Below are positions 36,375 to 43,640 of a DNA stretch of 51,608 nucleotides, piece by piece. Position 1 is the stretch's first letter. The number at the start of each line of letters is the position of its first letter. Made by a program: the position numbers and the translations under genes. The DNA comes from Bacteroidia bacterium (GTDB taxonomy: Bacteria; Bacteroidota; Bacteroidia; Flavobacteriales_D; Crocinitomicaceae): NCBI GenBank assembly GCA_030427935.1, contig JAUICI010000010.1, positions 1 through 51,608 on the forward strand, read 5' to 3'. The notes beneath the pieces were generated by a model. It saw nothing but the letters and a program-made list of their open reading frames with translations. It did not search any database and had not been told where the DNA came from.

Positions 36375-37778
36375 ATGGGCAAACAGAAATTAAAAGGAAA
36401 AGACCTAAAAAAAATTGGGTTTCGTTCCGATAAAGCAAAGAGTCTAGCCATCAATATCATGGCGACTCATTTTAAACATTTACATAGAGTTAAAAAGCTC
36501 GAATTATTAGAAAAATTAATTGAAAATCCGGAAGACTACGCAGAGGATAAGTACTTAAAACCTCTGGCGGAAGAGTTCATGGAAAAAGTGGTTAAGGAAA
36601 CATTCACAAGTTATAAACTTAGGTATGATTCCAAGCCTTATAAGGTTTACGGGAAACAATTCATCTGCCGAAACACGATCAACCAAATGGATCAGGCCAT
36701 GCGACTCCCGGTTGCTGAAAAAGGCGCCCTAATGCCAGACGCTCATGTTGGATACGGGCTTCCCATCGGGGGAGTTTTGGCGACAAAAAATGAAGTAATT
36801 CCTTATGCGGTTGGACTCGATATTGGTTGCAGAATGTCAGTTACCTTATTTGATGTGGAATCCGATAGAATTGATCGAGATCGTTACCAGCTAAAAATGG
36901 CTTTGCAAGAAGAAACGCAGTTTGGAATCAGCAAAGTAGTAGCCGGTAATGCCGAACATTCCGTATTGGATCGGCCAGAATTCCATGCAACTGAAGTTCT
37001 AAGAAAACTTCATGGAAAAGCAGCCATGCAGTTAGGTTCCTCAGGAGCAGGAAACCACTTCGTTGAATTTGGCGAAATGGAGATTTTAGAAGAAAACAGT
37101 CTGAATATTCCTGCTGGAAAATACATGGCCTTGGTTTCGCATTCGGGAAGTCGAGGGCTCGGAGCAGCGGTTGCGCAGTATTATACAAGAATTGCACAAG
37201 AAGTCTGTAAACTTCCAAAAGGTAGCCAGCATTTGGCTTGGTTGGATCTCGACTCGGAAGCTGGAATGGAGTATTGGCTTGCCATGAATTTGGCAGGTGA
37301 TTATGCAAAAGCTTGTCACGATGTCATTCATTCAAAAATTGCGAAAAGGTTGAATCTAAAAAAGCTGATTACGGTTGAAAACCACCACAATTTCGCCTGG
37401 AAAGAAAAACAGGAAAATGGTGAAACACTAATCGTTCATAGAAAAGGTTCGACACCAGCGAAGGAGGGAGAATTGGGATTTATTCCTGGCTCGATGTCGC
37501 ATTCAGGCTATTTAGTTTCCGGAAAAGGAAAACAAGACGCACTCTGTTCTGCCAGTCATGGTGCCGGCAGAAAATTATCGCGATCCAAGGCTAAATCTAG
37601 CTTAACTGGATCGGACATGAAAAAAGAATTGAAACAAAAACGGGTCACCCTAATCGGTGGCGCAGTGGATGAATCGCCTTTTGCTTATAAAAATATAGAA
37701 GAGGTTATCGGGGCTCAAAAGGAGCTCATCAAAGTTGAAGGCCAATTCAATCCACGAATAGTACGAATGGCAAAATAG
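36375..37778 (+). CDS. rtcB: RtcB-family RNA ligase (PrfH-associated paralog, N-terminal about 70 aa extension)
   Basis: RtcB motifs DAHVGYGLPIGG, SSGAGNHFVEFG, SASHGAGRK. Confidence 0.85.
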   Translation: MGKQKLKGKDLKKIGFRSDKAKSLAINIMATHFKHLHRVKKLELLEKLIENPEDYAEDKYLKPLAEEFMEKVVKETFTSYKLRYDSKPYKVYGKQFICRNTINQMDQAMRLPVAEKGALMPDAHVGYGLPIGGVLATKNEVIPYAVGLDIGCRMSVTLFDVESDRIDRDRYQLKMALQEETQFGISKVVAGNAEHSVLDRPEFHATEVLRKLHGKAAMQLGSSGAGNHFVEFGEMEILEENSLNIPAGKYMALVSHSGSRGLGAAVAQYYTRIAQEVCKLPKGSQHLAWLDLDSEAGMEYWLAMNLAGDYAKACHDVIHSKIAKRLNLKKLITVENHHNFAWKEKQENGETLIVHRKGSTPAKEGELGFIPGSMSHSGYLVSGKGKQDALCSASHGAGRKLSRSKAKSSLTGSDMKKELKQKRVTLIGGAVDESPFAYKNIEEVIGAQKELIKVEGQFNPRIVRMAK

Positions 37779-37784
37779 AATAAA

Positions 37785-38417
37785 ATGAAAGAATTTATAG
37801 TACAGATCAGTGCAGGAACAGGCCCGGCCGAATGTTGTTGGGTCGTTTCCAAAACACTAAAGGAATTTATGAAAGAAGCACGTGATCAAAGTATTGAAAT
37901 TGACGAAATAGGGAGATTAAAAGGTGATCAGAATGGTACATTAAAGTCCGTTTCACTATTTATAAAGGGAATGCGAGTTGACCAGTTTCTAGAAGAGTGG
38001 ACAGGTTCGATTCAATGGATAGGCAAAAGTCCTTTTCGAAAATTCCACAAAAGGAAAAACTGGTTTATTGGAATTCAAACTTTTGATTCCAAATCTGAAC
38101 CCAATTTCGATTCCAAAACGATCAAGTTTGAAACCTTTAGATCATCTGGACCCGGAGGTCAGTTCGTGAACAAAGTTGAAACCGCTGTAAGAGCGATTCA
38201 CATTCCAACTAAACTTTCGGTCACAGCTAGCGAAACAGCCTCGCAATCGATGAATAAAAAGATTGCCATAGGAAAATTGAAAACAAAATTAGATGAATAC
38301 AAAATGCAGAATTTGGTTCTTTTAAACTCGAACAAATGGATTGCCAACAAACAAGTGAAAAGAGGAAATCCAACTCGAGTTTATGAAGGAGACAAATTCA
38401 GACTAAAACAAAAATAA
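37785..38417 (+). CDS. prfH: Peptide chain release factor H-like protein (class I RF catalytic domain only)
   Basis: 210 aa with GGQ motif (SSGPGGQFVNKVETAVRAIHIPT) and no codon-recognition domain. Immediately downstream of rtcB, as in the known rtcB-prfH pair. Confidence 0.75.
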   Translation: MKEFIVQISAGTGPAECCWVVSKTLKEFMKEARDQSIEIDEIGRLKGDQNGTLKSVSLFIKGMRVDQFLEEWTGSIQWIGKSPFRKFHKRKNWFIGIQTFDSKSEPNFDSKTIKFETFRSSGPGGQFVNKVETAVRAIHIPTKLSVTASETASQSMNKKIAIGKLKTKLDEYKMQNLVLLNSNKWIANKQVKRGNPTRVYEGDKFRLKQK

Positions 38418-38418
38418 A

Positions 38419-38925
38419 ATGGACACTGCATTGGCAAACAACTATTACTTAAAGGCTTTGGATAATTATCCTTACGACCTAACTGAGTTTTTGGAGGCCA
38501 TAAACTATGCCCTTGCTTACGATGAAGATCACGCAGATGCTCATTGTTTGATGGGATTATTTTATATGGATCAACTTCAAAAATTCGATGATGCCAAATA
38601 TCATTTCAATAAAGCTTTGGCTTCGGATCTTGATAATCTGAAGGCTTATTATTCTTTGATTAGATGTTTAATTGCAACTGAAGAATACGCACAAGCTTTT
38701 AAAGTGATTGAGCATGCGCAAAAGGTCAAAGGCATTTCTTCAGAGGCCTTGGATCATAGAATTGCTATCATCATGGAAAGAAAACTTCAGTTTAGATCCG
38801 CCAAGAAATTTTTAAAGAGAGCGATCGAAAAGTCTTATTTCACAAGTGATAGAGAGTTTTATGAATCCGAATTATCAAGAGTAAAAGACAAAATTTCGAA
38901 AAGAAAATCGAAAAAAAATAAATAA
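38419..38925 (+). CDS. Small TPR-like helical-repeat protein, hypothetical
   Basis: 168 aa. Start is 1 nt after the prfH stop, likely same operon. Confidence 0.4.
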   Translation: MDTALANNYYLKALDNYPYDLTEFLEAINYALAYDEDHADAHCLMGLFYMDQLQKFDDAKYHFNKALASDLDNLKAYYSLIRCLIATEEYAQAFKVIEHAQKVKGISSEALDHRIAIIMERKLQFRSAKKFLKRAIEKSYFTSDREFYESELSRVKDKISKRKSKKNK

Positions 38926-38932
38926 TTTTTTT

Positions 38933-38956
38933 ACAACGCAAAAAGACTGCGCACTA
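38933..38956. promoter_or_regulatory. Dyad motif ACAACGCAAAAAGACTGCGCACTA (CGCA-N7-TGCG family)
   Basis: Second copy of the 24-nt motif, preceded by a T-run, directly after the TPR gene and upstream of the second tRNA array. Confidence 0.35.
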
Positions 38957-38995
38957 GCTCTTTTACTTTGAATCATCATTAAGAACAAAAGACAT

Positions 38996-39027
38996 CCCCC
39001 TCTGTCAAAAATAGATTAGGCAGAGGG
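38996..39027 (+). terminator. Hairpin CCCCTCTG-(16 nt)-CAGAGGGG
   Basis: 8-bp GC-rich stem followed by TTTAAAAAAA. Confidence 0.4.
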
Positions 39028-39162
39028 GTTTAAAAAAACAAAAAATGAACAGATTGAATTTACATATCACATTACCAAATCGACTGGATCTCCAGCCGAA
39101 TCATGATGAATTCTATTCAATCGGGAAGCCATATTTTTAGATGCGAGTAAGCGTTACGACTA

Positions 39163-39199
39163 AAAAGCCTTCTTGATGAATTTCAAGAAGGCTTTTTTA
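39163..39199. terminator. Bidirectional rho-independent terminator
   Basis: A5-GCCTTCTTGA-(6 nt)-TCAAGAAGGC-T6, perfect 10-bp stem. Confidence 0.6.
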
Positions 39200-39202
39200 T
39201 TT

Positions 39203-39274
39203 CTAGGGGGATAACGATGGCTGTTTGCCTACCTTGGACGTAGGAGGTTGTAGGTTCGAATCCTACCCCTTAGA
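39203..39274 (+). tRNA. tRNA-Pro (anticodon TGG), atypical D-arm
   Basis: Acceptor CTAGGGG/CCCTTAG, anticodon stem CCTAC/GTAGG with loop CTTGGAC, T-arm GTAGGTTCGAATCCTAC. D-stem only about 3 bp. Confidence 0.55.
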
Positions 39275-39353
39275 CAGTATTGAGCAAGAGTGAAGAGCAA
39301 GGGTTTTGAGGGATTTATTCCTGTTGCTCTTGCACTCAACTCAACACTCAATC

Positions 39354-39424
39354 GGTTCTGTAGTTTAATGGTAAAATGCCTGACTGTCTATCAGGTGTCG
39401 AGGGTTCGATTCCCTTCAGAACCG
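39354..39424 (+). tRNA. tRNA-Asp (anticodon GTC)
   Basis: Acceptor GGTTCTG/CAGAACC, D-arm GTTTAATGGTAAAAT, anticodon stem CCTGA/TCAGG with loop CTGTCTA, T-arm GAGGGTTCGATTCCCTT. Confidence 0.7.
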
Positions 39425-39446
39425 CAAAACACAAGAGTGAATGTGA

Positions 39447-39471
39447 AGTCCCGATAGCTATCGGGAGAGAG
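39447..39471. repeat. Palindromic spacer element AGTCCCGATAGCTATCGGGAGAGAG (copy 1)
   Basis: Perfect 18-nt palindrome TCCCGATAGCTATCGGGA. About 60 nt of flank is also shared with copy 2. Confidence 0.6.
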
Positions 39472-39514
39472 CGATGCAATTTCCTAACTCTCCACACTCG
39501 CACTCACTCTGATA

Positions 39515-39587
39515 ATGGGGTATAGTTCAATGGAACAGAACAGCTGAATACGAATCAGCAGATGTGGGTTCGACTCCTGCTACCCCA
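39515..39587 (+). tRNA. tRNA-Arg (anticodon ACG)
   Basis: Acceptor TGGGGTA/TACCCCA, D-arm GTTC-AATGGAACA-GAAC, anticodon stem GCTGA/TCAGC with loop ATACGAA, T-arm GTGGGTTCGACTCCTGC. Confidence 0.65.
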
Positions 39588-39662
39588 ACTAAATAAAGTG
39601 AGTTTGGAGAGCGAGAGTGATGATGTGTCCGCATTCTTCACTCTCACACTCGCTCTATAACC

Positions 39663-39736
39663 GCGGGGATGGCGGAATTGGTATACGCGCCTGACTTAGA
39701 ATCAGGATTTTGAGAGTTCGAGTCTCTCTCCCCGTA
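39663..39736 (+). tRNA. tRNA-like with Leu anticodon TAG but only a 5-nt variable loop (class-I shape)
   Basis: Acceptor GCGGGGA/TCCCCGT, Leu-type D-arm GCG-GAATTGGTATA-CGC, anticodon stem CCTGA/TCAGG with loop CTTAGAA, variable ATTTT, T-arm GAGAGTTCGAGTCTCTC, discriminator A. Confidence 0.5.
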
Positions 39737-39815
39737 CTATTTGAGTAGAGAACAAGAGTAAAGAGTTCCGAGGGCGGACTTCCTCATGCTCGAAACCCTC
39801 TACTCTTGAACCCAT

Positions 39816-39889
39816 GCCCCACTAGTCCAATTGGCAGAGACAAAGGACTTAAACTCCTTCCAGTCCAGGTTCGAGTCCTGGGTGGGGTA
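39816..39889 (+). tRNA. tRNA-like with Leu anticodon TAA but only a 5-nt variable loop (class-I shape)
   Basis: Acceptor GCCCCAC/GTGGGGT, D-arm GTC-CAATTGGCAGA-GAC, anticodon stem AAGGA/TCCTT with loop CTTAAAC, variable CCAGT, T-arm CCAGGTTCGAGTCCTGG, discriminator A. Confidence 0.5.
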
Positions 39890-39909
39890 CTTGTTTAGAG
39901 TGCGTGTGG

Positions 39910-39934
39910 AGTCCCGATAGCTATCGGGAGAGAG
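39910..39934. repeat. Palindromic spacer element AGTCCCGATAGCTATCGGGAGAGAG (copy 2)
   Basis: Identical 25-nt core to 39447-39471. Confidence 0.6.
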
Positions 39935-39971
39935 TGAGGTGATTTCCTCGCTCTTCACTTTCGGTCCCACT

Positions 39972-40044
39972 CTAGATTTATGGTGTTTCTAGTTTAACAG
40001 GTAAAATACCTCACTGTGAATGAGGAGAAAAGGGTTCGAGTCCC
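39972..40044 (+). tRNA. tRNA-His (anticodon GTG)
   Basis: Extra 5' G (G-1) opposite C73, D-arm GTTT-AACAGGTA-AAAT, anticodon stem CCTCA/TGAGG with loop CTGTGAA. T-stem only about 3-4 bp (AAGGG / CCCGG). Exact ends uncertain by 1 nt. Confidence 0.5.
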
Positions 40045-40125
40045 GGAAACACCCAAAGAAGTGCAAAGTTTGAGTGATCAATATAGAGGTTCTTCAATTT
40101 GTTCACTCAAACGACACAATGAAAA

Positions 40126-40196
40126 TGCTTTGTCGTCTAGTGGCAGGACACTTCACTTTGACTGAAGAGACGGTGGTTCGAATCCATCCAAAGCAA
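40126..40196 (+). tRNA. tRNA-Gln (anticodon TTG)
   Basis: Acceptor TGCTTTG/CAAAGCA (U1:A72 as in Gln tRNAs), D-arm GTCT-AGTGGCA-GGAC, anticodon stem CTTCA/TGAAG with loop CTTTGAC, T-arm GGTGGTTCGAATCCATC. Confidence 0.65.
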
Positions 40197-40227
40197 CAGA
40201 TAAGTTGAATTTTTAAATTTTTATTTT

Positions 40228-40251
40228 ACTACGCAAATACTTTGCGTATAA
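40228..40251. promoter_or_regulatory. Dyad motif ACTACGCAAATACTTTGCGTATAA (CGCA-N7-TGCG family), about 100 nt upstream of the second rtcB
   Basis: Third copy of the 24-nt motif. Perfect 8-bp inverted repeat TACGCAAA/TTTGCGTA. Confidence 0.35.
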
Positions 40252-40285
40252 GAGGTTTTACTTTGAAATATAAATGAAATAAACG

Positions 40286-40323
40286 CCCGAGGATCACCTT
40301 AGAAATCAGACATGGATCCTCGG
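40286..40323. promoter_or_regulatory. Stable hairpin in the rtcB leader
   Basis: CCCGAGGATC-(18 nt)-GATCCTCGGG, perfect 10-bp stem ending 29 nt before the ATG at 40352. Confidence 0.4.
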
Positions 40324-40351
40324 GTAAATAAAAAACTTAAATTTAGAAATT

Positions 40352-41512
40352 ATGAAAAATGTTGTTAGCACAGAGAGAATTCCAATCAAATTGTGGTTGG
40401 AAGATTTAGAGGCTGAAGCTTTATCTCAAGCTAAGAATTTGGCGAATTTACCATTTGCCTATAAGCATATTCCAATCATGCCAGATTCGCACACCGGATA
40501 TGGGATGCCAATTGGTTCAATTTTGGCGACGAAAGGAGCTGTGATCCCAAATGCCGTAGGTGTAGATATTGGTTGTGGTATGTGCGCACAAAAGACGAGT
40601 TTAACTGAGATCTCAACCGATGAGATCAAGAAAGTTTTGGGAATCGCCAGAAACTTAATTCCTCTTGGATTTAATTCTCATGACGAAAAACAAGACGAAA
40701 AGTACATGCCACAAGGATGGGAAGACCTTGAAATTGTCTCGAGAGGGTATTTGAAAGCGAGAAAGCAGGTGGGAACACTTGGTGGAGGAAACCATTTTAT
40801 TGAACTACAAAAAGGTGATGACGGATTTATCTGGGTCATGATTCATTCAGGTTCAAGAAACTTGGGTCATACCGTTGCCAGCCATTACAACCGAGTGGCA
40901 AAGAAAATGAATGAGAAATTTCATTCTGTAGTGACTCCAAAAATGGATTTGGCCTTCTTCCCAATTGAAATGAGAGAGGCCAAAGATTATATGAATGAAA
41001 TGAAATACTGTGTGGAATTTGCTTTGGCGAATAGAAAGTTAATGATGTTGAGAATGATGGAAGCTTTGACCGAAGTAAAAGGTTCATTTGAAACGGATGA
41101 GATCATCAATGAATCGCACAACTTCGCGGCATGGGAGAACCATTTTGGTGCCAATGTATTGGTTCACAGAAAAGGTGCAACCAGAGCTTATGAAGGAGAA
41201 CTTGGAATGATTCCAGGGTCTCAAGGAACCAAATCCTATATTGTAAAAGGACTTGGAAACCCAGAAAGTTTCATGTCTTGTTCGCATGGTGCAGGTAGAA
41301 AAATGGGTAGAAAACAAGCCCAAAGATCGCTTGACTTAGAACATGAAAGAAAGTTTTTGGACGACCAAAACATCGTTCATGCAATCAGACATACAAAAGA
41401 TTTGGATGAAGCCTCATCAGCTTATAAAGACATTCATGAGGTGATGGGAAATCAAACAGATCTTGCGGAGATTGTGGTTGAATTACAACCATTAGGAGTA
41501 TTGAAAGGGTAG
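40352..41512 (+). CDS. rtcB: RtcB-family RNA ligase (second copy, compact 386 aa form)
   Basis: DSHTGYGMPIGS, LGGGNHFIELQ, SCSHGAGRKMGR. Confidence 0.85.
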   Translation: MKNVVSTERIPIKLWLEDLEAEALSQAKNLANLPFAYKHIPIMPDSHTGYGMPIGSILATKGAVIPNAVGVDIGCGMCAQKTSLTEISTDEIKKVLGIARNLIPLGFNSHDEKQDEKYMPQGWEDLEIVSRGYLKARKQVGTLGGGNHFIELQKGDDGFIWVMIHSGSRNLGHTVASHYNRVAKKMNEKFHSVVTPKMDLAFFPIEMREAKDYMNEMKYCVEFALANRKLMMLRMMEALTEVKGSFETDEIINESHNFAAWENHFGANVLVHRKGATRAYEGELGMIPGSQGTKSYIVKGLGNPESFMSCSHGAGRKMGRKQAQRSLDLEHERKFLDDQNIVHAIRHTKDLDEASSAYKDIHEVMGNQTDLAEIVVELQPLGVLKG

Positions 41513-41569
41513 TTTAGCTATCCTTTCTTTCATTAATCATGTTAAACCAGGGAGGAGCTCCTTGTTTTT

Positions 41570-42427
41570 TTATTCTTGCTTATCGGACTCATCTTCACCG
41601 GTAATCATCTCTTTGATTTGTTGTTCCTCCTCCGGTAAAGCATCAATTTCTTCCATTTTTTCTTCCAAGGAGACCAAGGCTTTTACATAGAATTCTTTTC
41701 CTCTTGTTTTCTTTCCATTATAATAAGTCGAGGTTGTAAGGATGAACGTAAGCAATACCGTTCCCAGTATGGAATAAGCTGAAACAAAGATCATGGAAAG
41801 CTTTGTTTGCTCAAAGGTTGTCAAAAATACGAGAGACAAAAGAAAAATGAACATCAACAAATAGAATATCGGGGAAATTTTAGCCTCTTTACGATAAAGA
41901 CGAACACCTCTATTGGAGTCCATTTTCTCTATCGTTTCCATAATATGATTTCGAAATTGTTTTTCAACATAGGTGGCCGGGGGCATTTTTAAAACCGCAT
42001 TTCGTAAGGCATCAAATCTTTTGTTGGACTCATCAATTTGATCTTGGGTAATGGTTAACTCAAATTCATTCTCTACCAACCAGCTTAGATATGCATGAAA
42101 TTTGAGGGTAATTTCTTTTTGATTCTTAACACTCAAAGTGGATATTGAACGGTTGATATCATTAATCTGTGAGATTTCTACTCCCGAACTATTTCGAATA
42201 TGGTTGAACTCGGAGCGGACCTGAAATAATGTGATGGAGAATATTAAAGTCATCACACTCGCATTCACACTAAAAAGCATTGACGCGATTTTCGTATCGT
42301 CACCCGTGATATAGCCTTTAATCAACTTACGAGCCCTTACATGAATCAATAATGCGATTGTAATCACAAAAACAGAATTGATGATCATCAATAAAAAGGG
42401 ATTGGTATTTACCAGTAGTTGAATCAT
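41570..42427 (-). CDS. Hypothetical integral membrane protein
   Basis: 285 aa, TM helices at N-terminus and centre, acidic C-terminus. Confidence 0.4.
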   Translation of the reverse strand: MIQLLVNTNPFLLMIINSVFVITIALLIHVRARKLIKGYITGDDTKIASMLFSVNASVMTLIFSITLFQVRSEFNHIRNSSGVEISQINDINRSISTLSVKNQKEITLKFHAYLSWLVENEFELTITQDQIDESNKRFDALRNAVLKMPPATYVEKQFRNHIMETIEKMDSNRGVRLYRKEAKISPIFYLLMFIFLLSLVFLTTFEQTKLSMIFVSAYSILGTVLLTFILTTSTYYNGKKTRGKEFYVKALVSLEEKMEEIDALPEEEQQIKEMITGEDESDKQE

Positions 42428-42621
42428 TTAACAAAAATAGAATTATATCGATAGACCAATAATACAAATATCATCGATTTGTTCATCCTTATACCCAAAG
42501 CTGATCATTTTTCTTCCAATAATTAGCAAATAACCACCATTAATAAATTCACAATAAATCCTACTTAAATCCTTTACCTTCTTTTCTACTTTTTCCTATT
42601 TTTGACTAAACAACAGAAAAC

Positions 42622-43455
42622 ATGAAACAGCTGAGCATCACATTCCTACTTCTCCTTTTTTCTGCTTTTTCTTTTGCTGAAAACGTGAAATTAAAAGGAA
42701 CCATTGGCGGTAAATACGGTATCGAAATGGAATTGGAAAAAAGTACCGACAAAGAAAATCCCATTGGAGGTAAATACAATTATTCTGGAAAAACAGCCTT
42801 TTTAACGCTCAAAGGACTGATGTATAGCGATAATATCATCTACCTTGAAGAGTTTAATAGCAAAGGCAAGCAAACCGGAACTTTTTATTTGGAATGGGAA
42901 GAAGGCAAGTGGAAAGGTATTTGGACTGGTAATGAAAAGCATTTTGATGTTGTTTTAGAGGTCACTTCTGGAGATTACAAACAGTTCAGGGAATTTGATT
43001 TCGCTAAATTGAATAAATCGTGTAATTCTTCTATTACTGGAAGTTATGCCAATGACTACTATTTCCTAAATGACATGTGGCTGCATGAAACTGGTGCCAT
43101 GGAAGTTGGATTTAACGGTGGCGTAGTCAGTGTAGAAGAAGTGCACAAAGACACCATCAAAGTTCAGTTTGAATTGATGTGCGGCCCCACTTACCATGTC
43201 GCTTTCTTTGATGGGTATGCCATAAAGAAAGGGAAAAACGTTTATGAATTCAACCAATCCCTTTATGGCGACACCGATGCTTGTCATTTAATCTTCACTT
43301 TCAAGGATAAAAAAGTAAGCATCGATCAAAAATCCTCTAGCATGGACTGCGAATTTGGAGCTCGAGCCTATGCCGATGGGGAGTTCCAGAAGATCAATAA
43401 CAAAGCAAAATTCGGTGAAACTGTAGGCATTGATGATGTTTTGAAGATGAAGTGA
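42622..43455 (+). CDS. Hypothetical secreted protein
   Basis: 277 aa, signal peptide MKQLSITFLLLLFSAFSFA. Confidence 0.4.
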   Translation: MKQLSITFLLLLFSAFSFAENVKLKGTIGGKYGIEMELEKSTDKENPIGGKYNYSGKTAFLTLKGLMYSDNIIYLEEFNSKGKQTGTFYLEWEEGKWKGIWTGNEKHFDVVLEVTSGDYKQFREFDFAKLNKSCNSSITGSYANDYYFLNDMWLHETGAMEVGFNGGVVSVEEVHKDTIKVQFELMCGPTYHVAFFDGYAIKKGKNVYEFNQSLYGDTDACHLIFTFKDKKVSIDQKSSSMDCEFGARAYADGEFQKINNKAKFGETVGIDDVLKMK

Positions 43456-43467
43456 TTCAAGATTAGA

Positions 43468-43484
43468 CCCTATAGCTATTGGGG
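43468..43484 (+). terminator. Hairpin CCCTATAGCTATTGGGG, same family as the tRNA-spacer palindrome
   Basis: 12 nt after the stop of the 42622-43455 gene. Followed by TTAGAAATTTAGAAC. Confidence 0.45.
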
Positions 43485-43640
43485 TTGGAGAGTTGAGTGT
43501 TGAGTTACGAGTTTAGAAATTTAGAACTTTGTATTGTCGTAATCCTATTATTTTATTGAAACAAGGTTTCCATTCCAAACCAAAATCACTTAAACTATTT
43601 CACTATTTTGGTCACTTAAAACACTTTAAATCACTAACCA

